A DNA stretch of 64,000 bases. Origin: Octopus vulgaris. Lineage: Eukaryota. The DNA lies in assembly GCA_951406725.2 (NCBI GenBank), contig OX597840.1, positions 38,192,001-38,256,000 on the forward strand, given 5' to 3'. The translations under genes and the position numbers were made by a program. The notes under the pieces were generated by a model. The model saw nothing but the letters and a program-made list of their open reading frames with translations, had not been told where the DNA came from and did not search any database. Of this stretch, positions 49,602 through 64,000 are shown piece by piece (position 1 is the stretch's first letter; each line of letters begins with the position of its first letter).

Positions 49602-50534
49602 ATATATGTATAAATATATATATGAGCACACATGTACATAGATATTCGTATACATGCTTCTATATATGTATGCATTATATACAAAAACGCACATCCCCCA
49701 TATATATGTATATATATATATATACAAACATGCGTATATATATATATATATATGTATATATGCATGTATGTATGCAGGTACATACGCGTATGTATATACT
49801 ATTGCATTTCTGCTGGATTGTTTCAGTTGCTACATTCGGTTATTCCATCTCTTTACATTTTCCGTAAAATAGATTCTTTTAACAATTCAAAATAAATTAA
49901 TGTCAAGAGAAAAATTTGCTTTACATCTCTGCAGAATTAACTGTTTCGCCGTTGAATGCGATCACAACATGTACTAAATACTCAACATACATGCAAATAC
50001 ATTTCAACAGCCCAAACACAACCCCCCACACACACACGTAATCATCAACATACATGTATATATTTCTATGTTTATATAAGTATGCCCGTGGTGTGTGTGT
50101 ACGTGCGATATCTCGTGTTTATATGTATGTCGATACCACACGTATACACACATGGGACTATAGACATGTACATGTGTATTTGAATAAAATTTGTTTAAAA
50201 GACTCGTAGTATGCTGTACAATTCTCATTCGCATGGATTGGTTACCCAATATCATCATATGGTGGGAATACCCCGATTACTGTATATACAACTCTAATTC
50301 CACCGTACCTGTAGGTTTGAATTGAAGATACAATGCATTATACATAGAGAAAATAGATCGAACAGCCTTTGTTCCATTTCACTGCAATCGAATAATCACT
50401 TGCATTACACTGGGATAAAGTTCTCTGTTATACACACACACATGCACACATACACACACACATACACACACACAAACACAGACACTTCAATCACTTTTTG
50501 CACACGCACACGCACACACACACACACACATGTA

Positions 50535-50747
50535 TTACTCTTTAACTCTTTTACCTCTTTCAGTCATATGACTGTGGTCATGCTGGAATGACGCCTTTAG
50601 TCGAACAAATCAATCCCAGGACTTATTCTTTGTAAGGATACTACTTATTCTATCGGCCTCTTTTGCCGAACCGCTAAGTACGTAAACACACCAGCATCGG
50701 TTGTCAAGCGATGTTGGGGACAAAACACACACATAGACGTATACACG

Positions 50748-50823
<76 letters not shown>

Positions 50824-50985
50824 CGACGGGCTTCTTTCAGTTTCCGTCTACCAAATCCACTCACAAGGCTTTGGTCGGCCCAAGACCATAATAGAAGACA
50901 CTTGTCCAAGGTGCCACGCAGTGGGACTGAACCTGGAACCATGTGGTTGGTAAGCAAGCTAGTTACCATACTGCCACTCCTGCCT
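50535..50985 (-). mobile_element. SINE family B
   Basis: Reverse complement of 46200-46640. Confidence 0.9.
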
Positions 50986-52369
50986 ATGTATATGTATATG
51001 CCTGCTCTACAAAGACACAAGCATATGCATGTACGCAAATGCATGTATTTTTGTCTTCTTTTATACGTGGCATTGCTAATCTATATATGTATACTCACTC
51101 ACACGCATTTAACTGCTATGAGCAGCAGTATCGAGTAGCATCATCAATAACTCATATCAAATTCCCTTTCCTAAAGAGAATCTCAAGATTCTATTGAGCG
51201 CCATTGTTTTTTCCTTTCCCTCTGTACATCTAAATCCGATGAAGTTCCTAATATGTCAATGACCTTTGTAGTCCCTCTGAGAGTGAAGAGATTGATCTTG
51301 CAATTTATAGGAGTTGAACTGTGCTGTGGAAACAACTTCAGGGAACAGAGATATCAATTTCTGTTTATGTGGCACTTGTCAAGATTGAAATTATTGTTCT
51401 AGTGCATCCTAACTACTTAAACTATATACCCTTGTTTATATTATTCTAGATTCAAGCTTATACGACTTATGTTTCTTAATCTGAAGAACGCATCACCTTT
51501 ATAATCACGTCAGTGCTGACGGGTACCTAAATAGCGTTGAAGAACAATAATGCGGATGGACAAGTATTACAATATGAAAGTCCAAACGTTTATCGTTTAG
51601 AATAAGCCAACAGACATTATTCATTTGGTATATAAGTATATACTTTACAAGGTAGTGTTTATTTGAGAGAAAGACGACTAAATACGTGAAAATGAGGTTG
51701 CTCAACCTTTCTAAAGCTATAATCACCAATATTAAGTTTCATCTGCTCTGAACAGATTGTATATTGAAGAACTCCATTCGGGTCTATTCTTACATATACA
51801 CCGTATCATAAGGTAGTCCATCTCATTATGTTGTCAATCTACTTCGTTCAAGTTTTCCTCTTAAACATTTGCTATAAGTCATCCCTTGTAGCTAGAGTCT
51901 TTTCATACTTTGTGTTCTTGAAATGTGACCAAAGTACAAACGACCAGTTTATGTCTATTAGTAATAGTGTTTCGTCAAGTATCTTCTAGATTGAACTTTG
52001 ATCGTTATCCATGTCTCTGCATGTCCAAGTTTCTTATTTCATCAGGTTACAACAAATAACAGGGAATATTCGAGAATTTCTATACAAATTCTTATAGCAA
52101 CATTCTATATATATTTTTTTTACCAATCGCCACGTTCTTCTCTAGATAGTGGTGTCCTGTTGAACCCCCCTCAAAGAAAACGCCAAACAGACATTAAGCA
52201 AATGCCGCTCAACCACCATATCAAGTGCTCTGGCTATTCTCTTAATCCACTAGCAAATGCTTTCATGTTATATTTCAATCATAACTATTTTATCGAAGCT
52301 AGATCGATGGAAAGGCATAGCTGGACGTACCGGTATTTGATCAGAGAATGCATTGAGACAGAACAATCT

Positions 52370-52782
52370 ATTTTACTCTTTACTCTTTTACTTGTTTCAG
52401 TCATTTGGTGCGGCCATGCTGGAGCACCGCCTTTAGTCGAGCAAATCGACTCCGGGACTTATTTTTGTAAGCCCAGTACTTTTTCTATCGGTGTTTTGCC
52501 GAACCGCTAAGTGACGGGGACCTAAACACACCAGCATCGGTTGTCAAGCAATGCTAGGTGGACAAACACAGACACACAAACATATACACACACATACATA
52601 CATATATATATATACATATATACGACAGGCTTCTTTCAGTTTCCGTCTACGAAATCCGCTCACAAGGCATTGGTCGGCCCGAGGCTATAGCAGAAGACAC
52701 TTGCCCAAGGTGCCACACAATGGGACTGAATCCGGAACCATGTGGTTGGTAAGCAAGCTACATAACACACAGCCACTCCTGC
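52370..52782 (-). mobile_element. SINE family B
   Basis: Reverse complement of 46200-46640. Confidence 0.9.
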
Positions 52783-53335
52783 GCCGCAAAATATTTCATT
52801 CCGTATAATCTGAGAGTTCTGCGAATTCCCCGCCTGAAATTTATCTACATAAAAAACACCAACACACAGTGCCACCGATGAGTTTCCATCTTCCAAGTTC
52901 TGCAGAAATGATAGAATAATTGCCACTTCTCAAAGACATCTACTTAAACGATCTCTAACGAGTACTTCAGCCGAAACACACTCGCTTCATCGACGGCAAA
53001 TGGTAATCCAATCTACTACAATTACACCGTAATATATTAGCAAAAGGACCATCGCAGTGTAGTATTTGCTATAGAATATAAATCTAAATAGTCAGGACTA
53101 TACAAATGTTTAAACAAAGATATGCTCCGTCAAGCCTGACCTTCTCCAAAGCTCAAAAATCGACAAGAATTCAACAGCCATTTTATGAATTTCGTTACAA
53201 CATCCCACATTCGTGTGTATGTGGAAAGATGTGTTAATGTGTGTCTCTGGTTGTGTGTATATACTCGTTTAGGAACATATGTCTGTATGCATGTATGTAT
53301 GGATGTATGCATGGATTGTATATATATATATATAG

Positions 53336-53405
<70 letters not shown>

Positions 53406-53788
53406 CTTTATATATATTTATGCATACATATATATGTATATATATATGCATATATATATTTATACATAAATATATATGTATGAATTTATACATACATATA
53501 TACACACACATATATATATACATATTTATTTATGGATATATACATATATGTATGTATATATATACATACATATATACACATATACATATATATATATATT
53601 CTATACATATATATATATGTATATATACATATACATATTTATACATTACATATATATACATATATATATACATATGTAAGAGATATATACTTCAAATTAT
53701 TACTATAAACAAATGAAAAGGTCGTAGCAATTCATAAAAATAACCACCGCCACCCCCAACACCACATCCAACACCAACACCTGCAGCG

Positions 53789-53827
<39 letters not shown>

Positions 53828-54372
53828 GCAACAACGACAACAACAACAACAACAACAACAACAGCAACAACGGCAAAAAAAAACAACCAAAAATCATTAC
53901 ACAAAAATTTAAATTTTAAATTCGAATTCCTGTGTTGTTATGAAATCCAAAAATGAAGAAATCATCTCCGTTAATGCCATTGTGCGATTCTGTTTTATTC
54001 TCACGTTGCAAATACGAGCTTCAATCGATGTTATTTTAAATTGTCACAATTCAGGGAATCATGAATACGTTCTAGTCGAGTTAAAATCCATTCTAAATGA
54101 AATCTCTTTCAATAGAAAATTAGAAATAGGAAAATACTAGTGGTATGTTAAAAACTGATTATATAAAAAATAATATATATATATATAAATATATATAGTA
54201 TATCCACTATTTATGGTAAATATTTTATATATTTCCTGTTTATTATAATGTAAACACCAAAAGAGAAAAATAATGTAGTAACAAACATGAAAACTGGGGA
54301 GTAAATATAAAAGAAATAGAACAATTATACATAAAACATGGCGCCAATGATAATAATATTGCTAATGAAAAT

Positions 54373-54440
<68 letters not shown>

Positions 54441-54926
54441 TAAAATAATAATAACAATAATAATAACAATAATAATTACAATAGTAATAATAACAATAGT
54501 ATTAATAATAATAATAATGATATTAATAAAACTGATAATGGTTGTGGATACTATAAATATATTTAGCTGATTGTAACCTTAACGTTTGATCTTAGAAATC
54601 TTCAATTAAGGATGTAGCGATATTTGTGTACAAAACTTTTCCTCACTTTCCCTCTCTCTCTCTTTCTAACTCTCACAGACAAAAACATACGCGTACGAGC
54701 TAGATTATATGTATGTATGTATGTATGTATGTACATACGTTTACATGTATATGTATGTATATATAAATATACATATATAAATATATATAATCATACATCT
54801 ATAAATATATATGTATGTGTGTGTGTGAATATATATATATATGAATACATACATTCACAGACGCATGCACCTGTACATATATATATATACACGTACACAC
54901 TAATAAATACATACAGACACACACAA

Positions 54927-55001
<75 letters not shown>

Positions 55002-55054
55002 GATAGATAGATAGATAGATAGATATATAGATAAATTGAGATATAGATAGACAG

Positions 55055-55121
<67 letters not shown>

Positions 55122-55210
55122 TAGATATAGATAGATATAGAAAAATATATAGATTGATAGATATAGAAATATAGAGGGATAGAAAAATAGATAGATCGGT
55201 AGATAGATAA

Positions 55211-55259
<49 letters not shown>

Positions 55260-55291
55260 CAGGAAGATAGGTAGATACATACATACATACA

Positions 55292-55323
<32 letters not shown>

Positions 55324-55584
55324 CTATACTAGTAGAGGTATGTGCAAAAGTTGGAATGGAAAGGAATACCTTATCTAACCAGGAGCCTTGTCGGATCTCA
55401 TGCACTCGTATGCGCTCCATTAAAACACCGGTAGTTTCTTATATTCTGTAAAACCAGCAGACAGAACATCGCAATACACGGACACAAACTCAAAGATTTA
55501 CACTCGTATTTTATCTCGTACGATCCTGCCTATCTCAGAAAATACCAAACCTTCCCAAACTTGACGTCGAACTTCAGCAAAGCA

Positions 55585-55998
55585 TACTCTTTTACTCTTT
55601 TTCTTGTTTCAGTCATTTGACTGCGGCCATGCTGGAGCACCGCCTTTTATAATCGGGCAAATCGACCCCAAGACTTATTCTTTGCAAGGCTAGTACTCAT
55701 TCTATCGGTCTCTGTTGCCGAACCGCTAAGTTACGGTTACATAAACACACCAGCATCGGTTGTCAAGCGATTTTGGGGGGGGGGGGGCACACATACACAC
55801 ATACACACACATACACACATATATATATATACATAAATACGACGGGCTTCTTTCAGTTTCCGTCTACCAAATCCACTCAGAAGGCTTTGGTCGGCCCGAT
55901 GCTATAGCAGAAGACACTTGCCCAAGGTACCACGCAGTGGGACTGAACCCGGAACCGTGTGGTTGGTTCAAGCTACATACCACACATCCACTTCTGCG
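55585..55998 (-). mobile_element. SINE family B
   Basis: Reverse complement of 46200-46640. Confidence 0.9.
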
Positions 55999-56131
55999 CA
56001 TGGTGTCTAATGGTTTCTAATAAGTTTGATTTCAGAGTGTATCAGGTTGAAAATTAAATTTCTCTATCTGATACTCTCTGAAGGACTGCGAATGCAATGT
56101 GCTCAACTCCTTCCCCCAGAATAAAAATTGT

Positions 56132-56350
56132 TAACAAGAGCACTAAGAGAGCGCAAACCTCCGCCAAAGCAACACCAACGTCCTCTCAGCGATTAACCAA
56201 AGATGATTTCTAAAATGAGAATATCTAAAATAAACTCGATTGCTCTCGCAAACGTGAGTACTAAAAATGGACCCGACCGCTCTCAAAAATTAAGTAATAA
56301 TAAAAAAAAACCGGAAAAATAGTCAAGAATCCTTTTTCGGTGCCGGATAC
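56132..56350 (+). mobile_element. Possible Helentron-associated (HINE-like) element end
   Basis: tt|aacaagagcactaagagagcgcaaacctccgcc start resembles HINE/DINE-like termini; extent uncertain. Confidence 0.4.
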
Positions 56351-57195
56351 TTACTTCATATACATTTCATTACTTATTATTATTTTTTATTATTTGAAAT
56401 ATTTTAATATACAAGCTGTGTTCACGTGAAACACATTTGCGCATTGTAGCAATTCAAATTTGTCTGCAAATCTTTTGAATAGTTATTATACATAATAGGT
56501 GACATATACATGAAAAAAATATTTGCAGAGTGATTGGAACCAAATTTGATATTTATTGGTGCTATTTGATTCTTTATCTGTAGAATGTCTAATAGCAGAC
56601 ATTTTACACGATTTCCTACATGTAAAGTGTTGTTTCTCTTATTAACAACTAAAAAAAAGAAACACATAATTATGAATTCGTGATACAAATTGTTTTTGCT
56701 ATTTCCGACCATCCCGAATCTACGATAAAATACACTTGGCCCACGTACAACATCATGTAAATAGCATGAAACCAAATTTGAGGGGAAGAAAATTTTTACT
56801 ACACAGGCCCCCATGTGCCATTTGTTAAGGGCTGCTGAAGCTTGCCATGCTGCAATAAATGCAACACTCACCATATACTTCTCAAACCAACTCATTCCTC
56901 TAAATATAGTTAACTTATTTATCTACAAAATTATACGCGTTTTCCATCTTTGTAGGACAGAGTACACACCACCAGCATTTTTTTGGATTGCTGTTTTCAA
57001 TTTATAGCCAGAGATGTGTGAGATTCCATGGTGTTATATGAAGCCAAAGTTGTAAAATCATTCCGAAATAAAATAACCATTATTCTACTGACGTCATTTA
57101 GAGCTGGCCTATGTGTTTTCTCACGCAACTACTATACAAAGAGATTTGCGTCTGTTCAAGAGGGATCACGCGACAGTATCCGAGGTTATGGAGTG

Positions 57196-57269
<74 letters not shown>

Positions 57270-57288
57270 TGTATATGTATATATATAT

Positions 57289-57381
<93 letters not shown>

Positions 57382-57549
57382 ATATATGAGTGTATGTAAT
57401 TTAACACACTCAGCAGTAAAATTTCGACTAACTTCTTATTTTGTTTTCCTAAAAAAGAAAATGACTCTTCCCAGACACAATAGATTATGCTTCAACACAC
57501 AAACTCATGTAAAGAATGTTGCAAACCAAATCCCAAAACGAAATATATA

Positions 57550-57609
<60 letters not shown>

Positions 57610-57886
57610 TAAAAACGGTAAGATAACAAAAGAAAGAAAGAGACCTCAATAAAGAGATGGTGGTGTGGATTTCCACTTCGGAATCCGAAACACAGAGTTA
57701 TATCTTGGCTACCGAATAATTGTCACATATTATTTTACAGATAATATATATATATATATATAGTGAAAATATGTTTTTACTGGATTGCTTGGAAGTACTC
57801 AGGTCGAACCCGTGACGTTAGACATTATATAACTTGGTATAAAAAGAAACAAAAATTTAGATATTCATTTATATGTATATAAATGC

Positions 57887-57920
<34 letters not shown>

Positions 57921-58267
57921 ATTTATATATGTATACGCATTCATATTCACATATACGATTCTGTTTAATATCTTCTTACACTAAAATTCAGTTAGGAAGC
58001 AGACACGGTGAGAATGAACCCAAAACCACGTCGTTTGAAAGGGAGTTCCTTACCGAAACTGCAACACCTGCGCATATACGTATGTTTAAATTAATCCGCA
58101 ATCATTACTGCAAACAGGAGCAGATTCTATTCGTGAATTGAATGCTAACGCAATTGTAAATAAAATTATTTTATATATACTTACGTCTATAATTGCACAG
58201 GAAAGAAACTAGCGATATTATATAATTTGCAGATTGCTATCAGCAAGAACAAAAAATAATAATAATG

Positions 58268-58335
<68 letters not shown>

Positions 58336-58912
58336 TGATAATTACCCTTTTTGATGTTTTTCTGTAATATTTCACTAGTAAATCAAAAACATTTCTTTCA
58401 ATCCTATTAAAGTTAGATCTTGTTCTGAAAATGTTTTCGGAATTACTTTTTCGTTTATGTAGGGGTAACGTAATTACAATTTCATTGCATTCTAATTTTT
58501 TCAGCGTTTTCTCATGTTTCCCGATTATATTTAGCTTAGAACTCACTCGATATATTAGAGAAATCCGGAAGCCTTATCCGACATACGCATTTTCCCAAAT
58601 TTGCTTATATCTGGAATGTTTGTAATCTTTCCTCATTTTTTCCGACAATTTGTGAAACAGAAATAAAGATTTAGATTGCAAGTTATTTAACGCTCAGCGA
58701 ATATTTCCTTTAAAAGAGAAAATATATGCAGGCGGTAGGCGCAGCCGCGGCAACTTGATCAGAGGTTCTCACTCTAGGCTCACACCGATGTCTTTGGCAA
58801 GTCTCCTCCACTATGACCCCGGGGAAACCACTCTCTGGTGAGAGAATATGGTAGAGGGAAACTGAAAGAAGCACATCGTGTATGTATGTACATACATACA
58901 TACATACATACA

Positions 58913-58999
<87 letters not shown>

Positions 59000-59361
59000 A
59001 AAACCTGTTCATACAAATGTACAGACCACACGTTAATATACAAACTTGACCACTTCAGAAGCTATACTGAGGAGATACTTAGACCCCTTGCGACATGTTT
59101 CCCCCCTTCGTCCATTCACAATATCCCTTCAAAAGCTAATTTGAATAGCGAAAACCGGTTGTAAATTAACTACATCCATAAAATATGTATCTATCTAAAA
59201 AAATTCTTTATAAAAAGATATTAACTCTGTCAAACGAAGGTATTTCCCTTCCACTCTCTATAAATGTTTTCCACATATTTTTAACTCATAATTTTGCTAC
59301 GTGTTCTATACTAAATCTCCAGTTTTGGGGTTTCTTTTATAAGTTTATGTATGTATGTATG

Positions 59362-59400
<39 letters not shown>

Positions 59401-59524
59401 GTGTATATATATATAAATATATATATATTATGTATATATAGAGATATATGTATGTATATATATGCATATATATGTATATATATATATATGCGTGTGTGTG
59501 TATACATATCTCTCTCTCTCCCTC

Positions 59525-59589
<65 letters not shown>

Positions 59590-60235
59590 ATATATATATA
59601 CATATGTGTGTGTATGTATGTGTGTGTGTATCAGTAATTAAAAAGGTGGTTTATTAGCAATGAGAATATAAAGGGAAAATATATAGATGTCTGACAAGTG
59701 ACGGAGTGTGCCGGCCAGCCCCTTTTATGCTAAAAGTAGGGTTAAGATAACCCTCAAACCGGAAATCACTCTAACTCAATGACTGACAAAGGTAGGTAAG
59801 CCCGTATCATATGAAGGCGGATCGCGATTTCGAAAATTTTTTTGACGCTTTAGTACTCATCAGCGACTTTTCAATCAGATTTTTTAAGCTCAGATTCCTC
59901 TATCAATGCTATTGGAAAGTCCCCATAAGTCATATGCAAATATTCCAAACGGTGTAAGTATAAGCTAGTAATTAAAAGGGTGCCTTATTAACAATTAATT
60001 GCTTGTACCTACACCGTTTGGAATGTTAGCATATGATATAAACGTTTTTTCTCATATGATTGATAGTGGAAGTTGAGAATATCCATGGACGTGGAAAGCC
60101 GCTTTTGAATATTAAGGGGTCAACAACAATATCGTGATCCGACTTTATAGGATAGGGGCTTACCATCCTTTCTGGCTTTGGAGGTAAATTATCTATTATT
60201 TTAGCAGTGACCTGCATTAATCTCCGCACGCACTG

Positions 60236-60314
<79 letters not shown>

Positions 60315-60346
60315 TATAATACACACACACACACACAGACCACACG

Positions 60347-60449
<103 letters not shown>

Positions 60450-61239
60450 TTACATATATTCTATACATACATAAACATGGAGACTTTTTTTCCAGATTTC
60501 GTTCTAGATTTTCGTGATTTTGTTTCGTGAAAGGTTCCAAGTGTTGCGTTCGTATACGTACAGAGAAAGTACAAGCAACCTTGTGAACGTCTCAACAGTT
60601 GGCATGAATTACGAAGGAGCCAGTTTAGAGAAGAATGACGTTTTTGATATTCTCTTTGAATTCCTAACTACACGCACGCCAATTATCCTCATGTCGGTGA
60701 ATCGCCACGCTACAAATTGAAGATGTTTCATTTTTCTCTCATATAAGAGACCCCTGCGGATCACACACTCCCACAATCACAACTACAGAAAAATGTGTAC
60801 AAACATCCACCATATATAAAATTAAACATCTAGAATATATAAGTAATACGAGTAAAGATACGTTATATAGATATTAGATATGTGAATATCAAATATGTTT
60901 TTCTTAGCCGATATTTACAGTGATAGCATATTTCTGATATGCAGAATTTCGTATCTCTGCTAATAGGCTGCTCGATATTATATATATATATATATATATA
61001 TATCTTTTACTACCTCTTACTGTCTTTTCTATTATCAGTAAAATCTTTTTTCTCTGCTTTTTCTTAAGCAATGTATGAGCGTCATTATACGTAAGCGACC
61101 TTTTATTAACGGTTTGTTAAGAGCTTTTAAGTGTATCATATATATAAATCTACATAAATATATTTTGGAACACACTTGGTTATATATATTTTACATGCGT
61201 GTATGTACGTCCAGCATCTATATTCCCGTTCATTCATGT

Positions 61240-61276
61240 AATATATATATATATATAATATAATATAACATATATT

Positions 61277-61312
<36 letters not shown>

Positions 61313-61375
61313 ATATAACATATATTTATTATATATATATATATATATATATAATATAATATAACATATATTTAT

Positions 61376-61406
<31 letters not shown>

Positions 61407-61451
61407 ACATATATTTATTAATATATATATATATAATATAATATATATATT

Positions 61452-61493
<42 letters not shown>

Positions 61494-61575
61494 ACATATA
61501 TTTATTATATATATATATATAATATAATATAACATATATTTATTATATATATATATATAATATAATATGTATATA
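61240..61575. repeat. AT-only minisatellite built on (TA)n
   Basis: Unit ataatataatataacatatatttatt(at)n repeated about 6 times. Confidence 0.85.
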
Positions 61576-61608
61576 TATATATATATATATAATACACATA
61601 CATATATT

Positions 61609-61652
<44 letters not shown>

Positions 61653-62398
61653 TTATATATATATATATATTATATGTGCATATATATATTTACTTGTGTG
61701 CAGGTATTTCTGTATAATTATGCACACACGCACACTGAAGATAAAAATATGCAGAGAAAATTGTATATCTGAATACGCATAATTGTATGCATATATTTAT
61801 ATGTATGTATTTGTGTACGTGCGTGTGTGCGTGTGTGTATGAGTGTGTGGTGTATGAGTGTGTATATTTGTGTATGCGTGTGTATTTGTGCGTGTATACG
61901 CGCTATAGGACACATGGTAATGTTTCTGTGCCAGTGAATGATTGCAAACGGTAAGCCTCCGCTCGGAAGTTACAACAGAATGAAAAGGAGGAAGAGGAAA
62001 ACGACGGGAAAGAAGCAGCCGAAGATGTATGTGAGAAGGAAAATATGATAAAAGATAATAAATATATAAATAAATATGTAAATAAACTATCTTATGAATG
62101 GACTTTGGCTGTTTGGCTGATTGCTTTGCAGGCAGGTTTCTTTCGTCTCACATATTAAATTTCGCAGACTTAGAATAGTTTAAAAGTTGTCACCGAATAA
62201 ACCAATTTCTTCGCAAACTACGTGTTTTGTGTGAACAGCTATATGCCTGGCAGCACACGAAGAAATGAAATCTTTATTTAGATGAAAGCGAACTACACAG
62301 TTCGAAAACCCTTCGAGATGTGAATGGCGATATTCGTTGCCTTGGAAATAGGCGACAGTAATTTATATGAAAATCATATACGATGTAAGAAAAATCTA

Positions 62399-62525
<127 letters not shown>

Positions 62526-62584
62526 TAATAATGATAATTTCTCTCGAATAGAAATTTATGAATGTGTTTATATGTGCATTATAT

Positions 62585-62646
<62 letters not shown>

Positions 62647-62711
62647 GAATATATATATATATATGTGCATGCGTATGTGTGTGTATGTAGATGTATACAT
62701 AAATTGTATAC

Positions 62712-62747
<36 letters not shown>

Positions 62748-63868
62748 ATGTGTGAGTGTATGTATGTGTGTAGGGGGAGATATGTAGATTCATATGCAAT
62801 TCAACAGTTCCTTTGATATGAATAAGCACATTTGGCAACTTATTAAAGGGCCGCATGCTGTGTGAAGTATGCAGTAATATTGTTATTATTAAAAAGTTAC
62901 GCGGTGCCATATTTGCTGAGAATGAGAGCGAAATGTCCTTGCTACTTTTCAATTTTGTGTCAATAAGATATGACTTTAAATATTATTAATGCCTTGTTTT
63001 AATTACATTCAATTTTGCATGGCAGAAAATGGATGATATTACCAAATGTATGAAGATGGAAGCGGAAATCACATCGCCGTATCTTGCAGTAGTTTCTAAG
63101 CTTTCTTTAAGGTTTAAGTTCTAATTTTCTCGCTGGTTAATTCATCTCACTTTGAGGCAAATGACGAGATACAAGGTACGGCAAATTTACCACTTTTCCG
63201 TAAATTGTTCAACATCGTACTGGATTTAGAAGGGGATTAACTTTTACCTGAGTTCATCGATCCAGTTCAGGGGATTTGGCCATTTACCTGGATCAAAGTA
63301 ACACATCAACATCATATGTCCGAATCGAGTGATGAGACGTAAATATCTAAACCTGGGCTGTTGGTCTTTCTATGACTGAAATCTCTCATCTGCATCTGCG
63401 ACGAGTACAGATTATTAAAGTAATTCACGCAGTTGACAGACTCTTGTCGTCATCCGCTCAGCGTCCAGTAATATTCACCATTGACTCAGTAAGTTCCTCT
63501 GCCAAAATAGTTACATCCACATTGCTGAATCTGATGATTTCCACATACCATGTTTTTGTTTGGTTCCACGCTATTTACTATTTAGTAAGGATCCTGACAA
63601 GCTGTTACAACTCATTGTTGATGTAAACCTGAGAAGTGTAGTGGCTAAAAGTTGCTGCGACGCCCCCTCAAAACTTGCACATTCTGAACAAGGGTCCCAG
63701 TGCCAGATGCATGTTAAAGTCATACCAGACTAACTGACTACTTGGTAAAATTATTAATTATTAATTAAATAATTGATTAATTTATTAATTTATTTTACCC
63801 TTTATTACATATATACGTATATATATGTATGTATGTATGTATGCATGTATGTATGTATGTATATATGC

Positions 63869-63905
<37 letters not shown>

Positions 63906-63906
63906 C

Positions 63907-63950
<44 letters not shown>

Positions 63951-64000
63951 GCATGCACATATTTATCGAAAAGTGCAAAGAATGTCTTCGGTTGCTATGG

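Noticed and set aside
56422-56895. 157-aa minus-strand ORF as a gene
   Set aside because: No recognisable motifs

Overview
AT-rich, microsatellite-saturated eukaryotic intergenic or intronic DNA. The SINE and microsatellite content looks like a coleoid cephalopod, probably Octopus (inference). I can support no host protein-coding exon, and almost all listed ORFs are translations of (TA)n, (CA)n or (AAT)n repeats. The centrepiece is a young, apparently complete Penelope-like retroelement (PLE) at ~19945-24747, inserted in (TA)n. It has two ~530-bp pseudo-LTRs that look identical by eye. Each carries CCAAT/TATA motifs, a minimal hammerhead ribozyme (HHR) and an AATAAA. It has an unusual two-ORF layout: a 430-aa basic/helical ORF1 overlaps in the -1 frame with an RT + Zn-finger + GIY-YIG ORF2, and homopolymer slippery heptamers sit at the junction. 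About 13 more or less complete minimal HHR motifs from several PLE-derived families are scattered through the window. They include non-canonical cores (G3-C8 swap, U4C, extra nucleotide after A9, long stem II) and several fold-back insertions. Also present are tRNA-derived SINE families (one forming headless tandem arrays), LINE fragments (R4/Dong, Tx1/L1, CR1-group), a decayed Tc1/mariner, a Merlin-like MITE and a non-autonomous Helitron.
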